From positions 1 to 32,144 of the forward strand of contig SRXB01000002.1 of NCBI GenBank assembly GCA_009724975.1: 32,144 nt of DNA, in the 5' to 3' direction. This document shows, in pieces, positions 24,566 to 32,144 of this stretch. The notes beneath the pieces were generated by a model. It ran no database searches. It had not been told where the DNA came from and worked only from the letters and a program-made list of their open reading frames with translations. The DNA is from a bacterium. Its GTDB lineage: Bacteria > Desulfobacterota > Deferrisomatia > Deferrisomatales > BM512. The first letter of the stretch is position 1, and each line of letters begins with the position of its first letter. The translations under genes were made by a program, and so were the position numbers.

Positions 24566-24946
24566 TTATTTCCCCCTTATCCTTGAATGACCTTCAAGGG
24601 GGTTCAGTTGCCACGCCTCCCCAAAAGTCTTCCTCTTCACGAGGCATTGCCAGAAATACCAGCCCCCCAGGAACAGGGCCACACCCCAGGGGGAGTAGCG
24701 GCGCATCTGCCGAACATGCTCGTACTCGTGCTGATAGACGTAATCGTAGGACGGCGTTGTCGTGCCGGCGATGTCGGCGCGGATCAAAATGACATTCAAA
24801 AAGGCCATGCCATACCCACCCATCGGCAGCCGCCTGACCCGCACCACTGCGACAGGCAGCCAGGTCCACAGCCAAATCGAGAGCATCAGCCCGAAGAACA
24901 CTGCTATCGGGAGATCGCCAGTGAACAGGATCGACAACAACCGCAT
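24566..24946 (-). CDS. Small integral-membrane protein with an HExxH zincin motif
   Basis: 126 aa with hydrophobic segments at the N-terminus and near the C-terminus. Contains YQHEYEHVRQ. The stop lies 5 nt before the ARH start. Confidence 0.5.
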   Translation of the reverse strand: MRLLSILFTGDLPIAVFFGLMLSIWLWTWLPVAVVRVRRLPMGGYGMAFLNVILIRADIAGTTTPSYDYVYQHEYEHVRQMRRYSPWGVALFLGGWYFWQCLVKRKTFGEAWQLNPLEGHSRIRGK

Positions 24947-24972
24947 ATGAGCTTTCCAACAGCCTGCTAGTG

Positions 24973-26019
24973 CTACGATCTCAATCCCGCTAATTGAGCC
25001 CGCTCAACAATGGCCTCGTATCGATTAAGCACTTCATCAAGTTGTGATTGAAAGGTATCTAAGTTGGGCGCATGGGCAGCCAGACCATTCACCTCTTTCA
25101 GCAGTTTTGGGAAAACGATCCGCCTTGATCTATCCCCGGTAAAAAACGCACAATTTTCGGCAAAAGGGAGTGCTTGAAAATATGCTGCCACAGCCGGCTC
25201 TTCTTGGGGACTCTCTTGGGAGGACTTCAGCAGACCGGCCTGGTGAAGGTGCTCTGCCACGGTCATAACATCACTCATGAAGACACCAAGGACCAGATTA
25301 TAACCCATCCTCTGTAATGTAAGTGCTTGATCCCCTTCCGGCCCTTCGATCTCTGGGAGTTTTAAGGGGATATATCCTCTCTCCAGACTCCACATATACA
25401 ACTCCATCGGGTTGGTCGGGCAATCCTGGCACCGCCCCAGCCGATAATTGATCACATGCGGGGCAAACTCCAAAACCCCCTGAACTGACAGAGAGCCATC
25501 ATTTGGAAGCGCACTGAAGAAATTGCTCAGTCGGCGAAAAGAGCCTGCCGTAATCCCGATGGGTATCACAAATGCCATCAGGAAACCGTCGGGGAAGTAG
25601 CTCCCCACGCCGACTCCTCCCATTTTCTCGTACGGGATGAACTGCAGATTGTATTTTTCTACAAGCTCTTGCTGTAAGACATTGTCCATGGCCTTCGTGG
25701 GTGACATACGGAATTGGCACATTGGGCCGCCGAACATCTTCATCGGGCCCATGTAATAAATAAGCTCTTGGGTGCGGTATGTCTCACGCACAAAGAAACG
25801 TTCATCGGACACTTTTAGTTCAAGAGCAAACTCACTGGTGCGATACTCTACCTGGAGTTCATCAAAGGTTCTCTTGAACGTTTCCGGAATTAACGTTCCC
25901 ATGAATAGTCTAGAGGGCAAATCCTCGATACATCTTGGCGGGCTAGACAGTGGCTTAAAATTCAAGGCTGGCCGCAAAACATGTGGGACTGCAATAGTTG
26001 GAAACGATTGGTTTGCCAT
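24973..26019 (-). CDS. Hypothetical ~348-aa protein
   Basis: The ORF-track start at 26025 is a TTG. The ATG at 26019 has AGAAAGG upstream. GC content is visibly lower than in the flanking genes. Confidence 0.5.
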   Translation of the reverse strand: MANQSFPTIAVPHVLRPALNFKPLSSPPRCIEDLPSRLFMGTLIPETFKRTFDELQVEYRTSEFALELKVSDERFFVRETYRTQELIYYMGPMKMFGGPMCQFRMSPTKAMDNVLQQELVEKYNLQFIPYEKMGGVGVGSYFPDGFLMAFVIPIGITAGSFRRLSNFFSALPNDGSLSVQGVLEFAPHVINYRLGRCQDCPTNPMELYMWSLERGYIPLKLPEIEGPEGDQALTLQRMGYNLVLGVFMSDVMTVAEHLHQAGLLKSSQESPQEEPAVAAYFQALPFAENCAFFTGDRSRRIVFPKLLKEVNGLAAHAPNLDTFQSQLDEVLNRYEAIVERAQLAGLRS

Positions 26020-26076
26020 GAACAAAAACCTTTCTTAGAAAAAGGAGAGCCCGGCTATCAATGGCTATTGTAGAGT

Positions 26077-26916
26077 TTAAATGAGCCCCCAGACTTTGAG
26101 AACATGGGGCATGATCGGTTCGCCCGTCTCGCGGGCTGTAATCGCATTGAGGCGAGGGGCAATGATTTTTGCGTAATCCTTGAGCGGCCACTTCTTCTTG
26201 ACTTCGACAGGTTCGCCGGCACCAACGGGGAAGCTGCGTTCGATGTCGCGCACCACCATATCCCTCGCCCCCAGGACTTGATTGGCCAATCCGGCAGCAA
26301 CCGCGCCATAAAGCGATGCGTCCCGTTCGCTATCGAGCTCGCCCAGCCAGTCCAGGTAGAACTCGATCGACCCGGCGACAAGCATACCACTGTGACAGTG
26401 AATGGCCTCCTCGACCTCGGCAACAGACAGGCTCTCCCGGTGGGCCTTGAGCAGCTCGGTGACTCGGCGGTCACCGCACACGACGAGCCCGCCGAAAATC
26501 GCCCCCGGGTTCCCGGCGATCTCGCTGGTTGCCCATTCAAGGAGGAGATTTACCCCTGACATCGGATCTTCCTCCCCCGGTTGAAGGACCGCAAAATCGA
26601 GGGCCGCTGATGAGACAATCTGCCGGTCATAATCGCACAGCAAAAAAGGCAGGAGGCCCAGAGGTGAGATCTCGCCTTGCTCGACGCGCTCACGACAAGC
26701 CTCGTAATTGAACAACCGCTGTTCCGAAGGGATCTTCTCCCGATAAATCGCGTAAAGCTCGGTGATGATGTCAACCAGCCGATCGTCGTTCGACGCGCCA
26801 TACATGCACGCGACACCGTGGACGAGTTGATCAAGCGTCTTGTTGTCCAGCGATCCCCACCGCTCAGGCTGTCCCAGCAACGTTGTGAATGTCTCTGCCG
26901 ACGGCTTGCCTTTCAT
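26077..26916 (-). CDS. Hypothetical 279-aa helical protein
   Basis: ATG at 26916 with a perfect AGGAGGA SD, 19 nt after the metK stop. Confidence 0.55.
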   Translation of the reverse strand: MKGKPSAETFTTLLGQPERWGSLDNKTLDQLVHGVACMYGASNDDRLVDIITELYAIYREKIPSEQRLFNYEACRERVEQGEISPLGLLPFLLCDYDRQIVSSAALDFAVLQPGEEDPMSGVNLLLEWATSEIAGNPGAIFGGLVVCGDRRVTELLKAHRESLSVAEVEEAIHCHSGMLVAGSIEFYLDWLGELDSERDASLYGAVAAGLANQVLGARDMVVRDIERSFPVGAGEPVEVKKKWPLKDYAKIIAPRLNAITARETGEPIMPHVLKVWGLI

Positions 26917-26935
26917 GGCTTCCTCCTGATCAACC

Positions 26936-28117
26936 TTAAGCGTTCACTTCCCGCAGAAGCCCACTGACCCGATCGGTCTTTTCCCAGGTAAACCCGGGGC
27001 CCGTCCTGCCGAAATGGCCATAGGCCGAGGTCGGCGCGTAGATCGGCCGGCGCAGATCGAGGGTGCGAATAATGCCGGCCGGCGTCAAGTCGAACACCTT
27101 GCGCACGGCTTTTTCAAGGATATCCTCGGCAACCGTCGCGGTGCCGTGGGCGTCCACCAGGACCGAGATCGGCTCAGCCATGCCGATGGCGTAGGACAGC
27201 TGCAGGGTGCAGCGTTTGGCCAAGCCGGCCGCCACCACGTTCTTGGCGACATAGCGGGCCATGTAAGCGGCCGATCGGTCAACCTTGGTGGGGTCCTTCC
27301 CGGAGAACGCCCCGCCGCCGTGCGGGCATGACCCGCCATAGGTATCGACAATGATTTTGCGGCCGGTCAGCCCGGTATCACCCAGCGGGCCGCCGATCTC
27401 GAACCGCCCGGTCGGGTTGACGTGGATCTGTAGCGCTCTTGACCGCAAGCTCACCGGGATCTCCGGGAGGACGATCTGCTCGATGACCTCACGGCGCAAC
27501 GTGTCGTTGTCGATCGCCGGGGCATGCTGCGTGGAAAGGACCACCTGCTCGACGGCTGCCGGGCGGCCATCCCGGTAGCGCACGGTCACCTGGGACTTGG
27601 CATCCGGGCGCAGCCAGGGCAGTTCGCCACTGTGCCGCAACTGCGCCTGCCGGCGCGCCAGCGCATGAGCCAGCGAGATCGGCAACGGCATCAACTCGGG
27701 GGTTTCGTCGCAGGCATAGCCGAACATCATCCCCTGGTCGCCGGCACCGATCGCCCCTTCCTTCTGATCGACGCCCTGGGCGATATGCTCCGATTGCACG
27801 CTGAGAGAGAGCCGTACCTCGCAGCGATCGGGATCGAAACCGGTGTCGCCACCGGCATAGCCGATCTCGCGCACCGCCTGGCGGGCGATAGCCGGGATTT
27901 CAGCCTGCAACTGCTCCAGCAGGTTAGGGATGGTTGCCGAGCCGAATTCGCCGGCGACGATGAGCAGGTCCTTGGCGATCAGCGTCTCGCAGGCAACGCG
28001 CGCCAACGGATCCTGCGCAAGAACATGATCGAGGACCGCATCGGAGATACGGTCAGCAACTTTGTCCGGGTGTCCCTCGGACACCGATTCAGATGTAAAC
28101 AGATATTCTCTGGACAT
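26936..28117 (-). CDS. metK: S-adenosylmethionine synthetase
   Basis: 393 aa. Motifs seen: [36 protein letters not shown] and [28 protein letters not shown] upstream. Confidence 0.95.
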   Translation of the reverse strand: MSREYLFTSESVSEGHPDKVADRISDAVLDHVLAQDPLARVACETLIAKDLLIVAGEFGSATIPNLLEQLQAEIPAIARQAVREIGYAGGDTGFDPDRCEVRLSLSVQSEHIAQGVDQKEGAIGAGDQGMMFGYACDETPELMPLPISLAHALARRQAQLRHSGELPWLRPDAKSQVTVRYRDGRPAAVEQVVLSTQHAPAIDNDTLRREVIEQIVLPEIPVSLRSRALQIHVNPTGRFEIGGPLGDTGLTGRKIIVDTYGGSCPHGGGAFSGKDPTKVDRSAAYMARYVAKNVVAAGLAKRCTLQLSYAIGMAEPISVLVDAHGTATVAEDILEKAVRKVFDLTPAGIIRTLDLRRPIYAPTSAYGHFGRTGPGFTWEKTDRVSGLLREVNA

Positions 28118-28158
28118 GGGTGTCTCCTTTGATCATGACCTTGAGCTATTCGCCTGGG

Positions 28159-30399
28159 CTAGGCATTGCCCGCGCAAGCCGTATCTTCCAGCCCCGCGAT
28201 AAACAGACAGTCCTCAATCTCGAAGAGGCTGAGTGCCGGGATCTGGATCGCCTGATTTCGGTGCTGAACCTGGCTGGAGTCCTCGATGCTGACGACCAGG
28301 AGCCGCCCGGAGTTCGGGTTGCGATCGACGGCGAGGGAGGGGATGGGGCCGGAGCTGACGTTGATCAGCCCCTTGGCTGGAAACTGCAGTCCCCCTCCCT
28401 GTGATACACGTTGCACTTTACCTTTAAGCTGGAGTTCCGGAAAGAACTCTTTGAAGTTCTCGTTGGCAAGTCTCCCCCAGCGATAGGCGGCCAGGATCAG
28501 CCGGGCGTCGTTGATCGTGAAGTCGTCATCCAATGAGAGAATCCCGTGGAGCAGATCCATTTCCTCGGGCGTGAACGGCAGGGGGTTTGCCTGCCAATGC
28601 CGGACATGCTCAAGGACGGCGTCGTCGGTTGACTCCAAGGCTTCGGGGAGAGGGTGCTCCGTTGCCGTGACATCCGCCCCGTGCCCCTCGCTGAGCGACT
28701 GCGATTGCCACACGGCAACCATGGAGCGAGCAGTACCCTGCCGTTCAACGAGGCTTGCCGTCCAGAAAAAGTGGGTTTTCAGCCACAACAGTTCCCACTT
28801 GAACGTGCGACGGTCGGGGCGAAATGCCGCCGCCGGGATATGCAGTAGGCTGTAGCGCCACAGGAAGCTGTCGACCGGGTGCCCCTCGGGCTCGTAATCT
28901 TCCAGCGTCACGACCTGCACAAGGTCCGTCCCCGGTACCGGGCCGACAGTGATGACGCGGACATCCCCGTCTTTCAGGCGGGCAAAACCGATGTCCGGGG
29001 TCAAACCCCTGGAGGCGTTTTCTCTTGGTCTGCCATGAGCGATGGCGACCGATGGCTCCGGGCAGGCAGGAACGCCCCACCGCGTGGCCGTGACAACATT
29101 CAAGGTGATCCGGTATTTCTTGTAGTCCGTGGTACCAGACAACACCCCGTCCAGCAGTTGGAAGGTTTCCTTTGCCAGAACCATTTCGGCAGGCGAAAAG
29201 GGCACGGGATTGCTCTCGTACTTCTGCCTGACCTCGTTGGCCTCGCGCTCGAGGCGGCCGGCGTCAATCCCCTCGCCGGAGGTCTGCAACTGCCGGATGT
29301 AGTCACGGCCCCAGGAAACTAAGGTATCCATGCGCGTGGCATCCTCCCCCTGTTCCCTTTCTTCCTTGGTGATTACTGCCCAGATCGCCACCGGAAATTT
29401 CTGCCCGTCCCACTCGCAGGGGTAGTGCTTGACCACCCAGAACAGGTCCAGCCCCCCTTCGTCGACGTCAAGCTCAGCGGGTGACAAGAGCTGCGTGTCC
29501 CCGGCGAACGGGAGCAAGGCCTCCCCGTCGCGATTGGCAACAGCCAGGAGGGCTGCGATGTCGCGATAACCGACTGCGGCGTTCTTCGGGTGGAGGGTCA
29601 CGAAGTCGTGGATGTCCTTGGCCATCTGCTGCAAACAGGGGCGCCCGAGGAACTGCATCACGACGATGGTCCTGTGGCGAAGCGGCACGGCGTGATCGAG
29701 CGGGATTGGTCCCAGTTCAGCCTCGGCCGGCTCGAACAGGGTAAACGCGTCGAAACGCTCGCGAGTCTCGACCGCCGGCCCGTACTCCTGGACAGCGGCG
29801 CGGTCCAGCCAGTAGAAGGCTTCGATCTGATCGGCATCGACCCCGGATCCCTGGCCGAGGAGCGTCGCGACCAGGTACTGGGCTTCAGCCACCCCCTGCT
29901 CGGCAGCCGCCAGGAAGTAAGGGTAGGCCCTGCCGTCGTCTTGCACCGTCTCAGCTCCCTGGTGATAGATTTGCCCCAATCTGAGCTGGGCATCGGGATC
30001 CCCCTGCCGAGCCGCAAGGTCCAGCCAGTGAATGGCTTGGCGAATATTTTTCTTCACCCCCCGCCCCTGAAGGTAATAGAGCCCGAGGCTGTATTGCGCC
30101 GGGGCGTATCCTTGCTTGGCCGAGCGCCGGTACCACTGAACCGACAACCGGGGCTGCTGCGGGACGGCTATCCCTTTTGACAGGCAATACCCCAGAAAAG
30201 CCTGGGCCCGTGGGTGCCCTTGCTCGGCCGCCGCCGAACAATAGCGATAGGCTTTTTCAAGGTCTTCAGTCACGCCGTCAGCCTGCAGATAACGAATCCC
30301 AGCCCAGTACTGACATTCAGCGTCCCCCCGATCTGCGCGGTCGAGCAGCTCGTTGACAGGCAGGGGGCTTTCGATTTTTTTATTTATTCGCGTTTGCAT
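28159..30399 (-). CDS. Sel1-repeat (TPR-like) protein fused to a two-module domain paralogous to ORF 20683-22116
   Basis: At least five Sel1 repeats in aa ~25-205, for example AQYSLGLYYLQGRGVKKNIRQAIHWLDLAARQGDPDAQ. The C-terminal ~430 aa (nt 28162-29451) align with the 477-aa protein. GGGAGGA SD upstream. Confidence 0.75.
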   Translation of the reverse strand: MQTRINKKIESPLPVNELLDRADRGDAECQYWAGIRYLQADGVTEDLEKAYRYCSAAAEQGHPRAQAFLGYCLSKGIAVPQQPRLSVQWYRRSAKQGYAPAQYSLGLYYLQGRGVKKNIRQAIHWLDLAARQGDPDAQLRLGQIYHQGAETVQDDGRAYPYFLAAAEQGVAEAQYLVATLLGQGSGVDADQIEAFYWLDRAAVQEYGPAVETRERFDAFTLFEPAEAELGPIPLDHAVPLRHRTIVVMQFLGRPCLQQMAKDIHDFVTLHPKNAAVGYRDIAALLAVANRDGEALLPFAGDTQLLSPAELDVDEGGLDLFWVVKHYPCEWDGQKFPVAIWAVITKEEREQGEDATRMDTLVSWGRDYIRQLQTSGEGIDAGRLEREANEVRQKYESNPVPFSPAEMVLAKETFQLLDGVLSGTTDYKKYRITLNVVTATRWGVPACPEPSVAIAHGRPRENASRGLTPDIGFARLKDGDVRVITVGPVPGTDLVQVVTLEDYEPEGHPVDSFLWRYSLLHIPAAAFRPDRRTFKWELLWLKTHFFWTASLVERQGTARSMVAVWQSQSLSEGHGADVTATEHPLPEALESTDDAVLEHVRHWQANPLPFTPEEMDLLHGILSLDDDFTINDARLILAAYRWGRLANENFKEFFPELQLKGKVQRVSQGGGLQFPAKGLINVSSGPIPSLAVDRNPNSGRLLVVSIEDSSQVQHRNQAIQIPALSLFEIEDCLFIAGLEDTACAGNA

Positions 30400-30448
30400 G
30401 GCATCCTCCCTGGCGCCGTAGCACCACCGTTGTGATTGTCATTTAAGC

Positions 30449-30475
30449 CCGCATCGCCGATGGCCGGCGACGCGG
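30449..30475 (-). other. GC-rich hairpin between the 382-aa gene and the Sel1 gene
   Basis: CCGCATCGCCG-ATGGC-CGGCGACGCGG forms an 11-bp stem with one mismatch. No T-tract follows it on the minus strand, so it is not a classical intrinsic terminator. Confidence 0.25.
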
Positions 30476-30510
30476 GGTGCATTTCCCTTCAATGAGCCTC
30501 ACTGGACCGT

Positions 30511-31659
30511 TCAGACTTGGAACCAGGGGTCGGCCAGGATCTGGTCGCCCAGGTGCGGTCTCTCGTATTCACCGCAAGTCACGCAGTACCAGGCTTCCGG
30601 GTTGAACTCGGTGCGGAAGAATTCCCGCATCGCAATCCGGAAGGCGTCCACGAACTGGCGACGGTTGACGATGGCTTCGATGAACACCCCTTCCTGCTCG
30701 TCGCAGTAGGCGTTCAGGATGCGCAGGAGAATTCGGTCCGGATCGTCGGTCGCGTACGCCTCGAACTTCTTCTCGGGGCCTTCTTCTTCGATCTGGAACC
30801 TGACCGGCAGGTCGCCACGCCCGATCGACTTGAGCCATTCGATGAGCAGTTCGACCGGCGGGAAGGAGTTGGAGAGAACCGCGTCGAGAGTCTGCGACCC
30901 GACCCCCAGGTGGAGGTAGATCCAGTCCCAGCGGTTTTCCATTTCCAGGCGCACGGTCGCCGGTTCGTCCTCGACAGTCGGGTTGATCTGGAACAACCGG
31001 TCGAGCCCGAAGTGCGGCCGTTCCAAGCCGTCCCGGGTGAAGTGCCAATTGCCCAGAGACGACGTCCCTTCGAAGACCAGGCAAGGAGTGCAGTGGTCCC
31101 ATCCCCAGGAGCGGGCGTCCATGCGCTCGTAGTACCATTCGAGGTACTCGCCGTAGCTCTTGCAGGGGAACGGCTGCAGCTTCGTCGGGACAGCGATGCC
31201 CTCCGGGTCATCGTCGACTTCTTCGACGTAGCTGAAGTTCTCGGCCAGCATCTCGAAGAACGCCCGGCTGCGGTCAAACTCGACGTTACCGCCCATATCG
31301 GCATGGGCCGCGACCTTGATATTGCCGCCGAAGGTCGCGTCCAGGATCATTTGCGCCTGCCGCCGGCGCGCTTCCGCCCCATCGCACAGCGGGTCATGGG
31401 AGAGGGTCTTGCCCAGCATCAGCAGGGCTGCACGGATGCGCTCGTCCTTGCAGGTGGACAGCGGGAGGAGGATGCCGTGCTTGATGAAGCAACCGTTGCC
31501 GTAGCTCTCGTTGACGACGAAGATGCCTTTCTTTCCCTCGGCATGGGGGCCGCGCGCGTCAGCCCCCATGCCGCCACGACGGAAGATGTAGATGAAGGGT
31601 TGAAGCTCTTTCAGGTCACCGGCGATATCGCCGTACTGCCGTTGGTTGCCGTATTTCAT
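30511..31659 (-). CDS. Hypothetical 382-aa protein
   Basis: ATG at 31659 with GAAAGGA upstream. No recognisable catalytic motif. CVTCGEY occurs near the C-terminus. Confidence 0.55.
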   Translation of the reverse strand: MKYGNQRQYGDIAGDLKELQPFIYIFRRGGMGADARGPHAEGKKGIFVVNESYGNGCFIKHGILLPLSTCKDERIRAALLMLGKTLSHDPLCDGAEARRRQAQMILDATFGGNIKVAAHADMGGNVEFDRSRAFFEMLAENFSYVEEVDDDPEGIAVPTKLQPFPCKSYGEYLEWYYERMDARSWGWDHCTPCLVFEGTSSLGNWHFTRDGLERPHFGLDRLFQINPTVEDEPATVRLEMENRWDWIYLHLGVGSQTLDAVLSNSFPPVELLIEWLKSIGRGDLPVRFQIEEEGPEKKFEAYATDDPDRILLRILNAYCDEQEGVFIEAIVNRRQFVDAFRIAMREFFRTEFNPEAWYCVTCGEYERPHLGDQILADPWFQV

Positions 31660-31875
31660 AGCCCTTGTCCTTTCTCAATTGACGTGTAAGTGGTGTGTGA
31701 CGAGTCTTCGCAATGAGACCGATGTTTTTGCCGCCCTCAGGTGAAATCATTCAGTTGTCAGAGAGCGTACCGGGGGCGATTTTGGAGACAAAGCTTCCCC
31801 GGGGCCTCCGAACGCAGAACGACATCCGCTTCGGGGGTTGAATCAAATTCACGTCTGTTTTGAGAGAGGAGCGGT

Positions 31876-31971
31876 CTACGGCGGAGGTTCCGGAAGAACC
31901 CCTGTCATGGCTCCGAGGGCGGGTTGGCCGCTTGCGGCCGTTTGGCGGGATGTGGCGGCGAGTTTTTTCAT
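31876..31971 (-). CDS. Possible 31-codon ORF immediately after the riboswitch terminator
   Basis: GGAGG lies 6 nt upstream of the ATG at 31971, which is 14 nt after the terminator U-tract. The peptide is MKKLAATSRQTAASGQPALGAMTGVLPEPPP. It could be a real leader or small protein, or the remnant of a displaced gene. Confidence 0.25.
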   Translation of the reverse strand: MKKLAATSRQTAASGQPALGAMTGVLPEPPP

Positions 31972-31984
31972 GGCTGACCTCCGG

Positions 31985-32017
31985 AACAGAAAAACCCCTT
32001 CCGTATCGTGGAAGGGG
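31985..32017 (-). terminator. Intrinsic terminator forming the SAM-I riboswitch expression platform
   Basis: The minus strand reads CCCCTTCC-ACGATAC-GGAAGGGG followed by TTTTT, giving an 8-bp GC-rich stem directly downstream of the aptamer. Confidence 0.8.
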
Positions 32018-32037
32018 TCACCGGTGTGGTCGGCCTC

Positions 32038-32144
32038 TTCCTTATCTGCCGGGATCGTCGATCCCGCTGGAGTTAGCACCTTGCCTCCGTAGGCAGGTTG
32101 CTGCGACGTCAAAGGGCCAGTCCCTCGGTCGCTCTCGATAAGAA
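32038..32144 (-). promoter_or_regulatory. SAM-I (S-box) riboswitch aptamer
   Basis: The minus strand reads TTCTTATCGAGAGCGACCGAGGGACTGGCCCTTTGACGTCGCAGCAACC...GGTGCTAACTCCAGCGGGATCGACGATCCCGGCAGATAAGGAA. The P1 pairing CTTATC/GATAAG, GAGGGACTGGCCC (32114-32126), GCAACC, GGTGCTAACTCC (32069-32080) and a P4 hairpin (32050-32066) all match the S-box consensus. The element starts at the window edge. Confidence 0.9.

Noticed and set aside
30517-31689. Long plus-strand ORFs (390 aa here; also 22896-23804 at 302 aa, 16761-17681 at 306 aa, 6028-6675 at 215 aa, and others).
   Set aside because: Each lies fully antisense to a minus-strand ORF that has recognisable motifs, SD sequences and operon-like spacing. 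Their Arg/Pro/Gly/Ala-rich translations are typical shadow ORFs of GC-rich DNA, and none has a convincing SD.
31876-31971. The small ORF as a RiPP precursor, with the downstream unknown proteins, HExxH protein and metK as a tailoring cluster.
   Set aside because: None of the neighbouring proteins has a recognisable RiPP maturase motif (radical-SAM CxxxCxxC, YcaO, lanthionine synthetase or similar). The peptide also lacks Cys/Ser/Thr-rich core features.
31876-32112. 78-aa minus-strand ORF spanning the right end of the window.
   Set aside because: Its 5' two-thirds coincide with the SAM-I riboswitch aptamer and terminator. Only the last 31 codons, from the ATG at 31971 with an SD, are kept as a low-confidence small ORF.
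1-32144. Mobile-element boundaries, CRISPR arrays, tRNA or rRNA genes.
   Set aside because: I saw no integrase, transposase or recombinase motifs, no terminal inverted or direct repeats, no spacer-repeat periodicity and no tRNA-like cloverleaf segments. Island borders, if any, lie outside the window.

Overview
This 32.1-kb window is coded entirely on the minus strand, with about 25 tightly packed CDS. I saw no rRNA, tRNA, CRISPR array, integrase or transposase. All domain calls rest on motif recognition by eye, with no HMM or BLAST run.

Left half (31-14542): a nine-gene operon with overlapping or abutting stops and starts, sitting behind a candidate sigma54 promoter and an upstream palindrome. 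In order it encodes:
- a DUF4258-like small protein
- an RtcR-like CARF plus sigma54-AAA+ activator
- a TerY-P triad (vWA, PP2C, Ser/Thr kinase)
- a UPF1-like SF1 helicase with a ~450-aa N-terminal extension
- a winged-helix/HEPN-like protein
- a McrB-family GTPase whose N-terminus is a ~350-aa coiled coil
- a McrC-like protein with no visible PD-(D/E)xK motif that ends in zinc ribbons

This matches my recollection of the CoCoNuT class of McrBC derivatives, which was defined computationally and has not been tested experimentally. It is the strongest system-level candidate in the window.

Right half (14679-32144): a clear SAM-I riboswitch with an intrinsic terminator lies at the window edge. 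Downstream of it come:
- a 31-codon ORF
- an unknown 382-aa protein
- a Sel1-repeat protein
- metK, embedded about 4 kb downstream of the riboswitch
- three unknown proteins, one of them a small HExxH membrane protein
- an ADP-ribosylglycohydrolase with a Cys-rich N-terminal extension
- a paralogue of the Sel1 protein's C-terminal half
- a compositionally chimeric C2H2 zinc-finger protein
- a winged-helix protein
- a two-HKD PLD nuclease translationally coupled to an unknown 529-aa protein

Long G/C homopolymer tracts (9, 8 and 8 nt) sit inside the helicase and PLD coding regions. Composition is patchy, consistent with a mosaic accessory or defence island.
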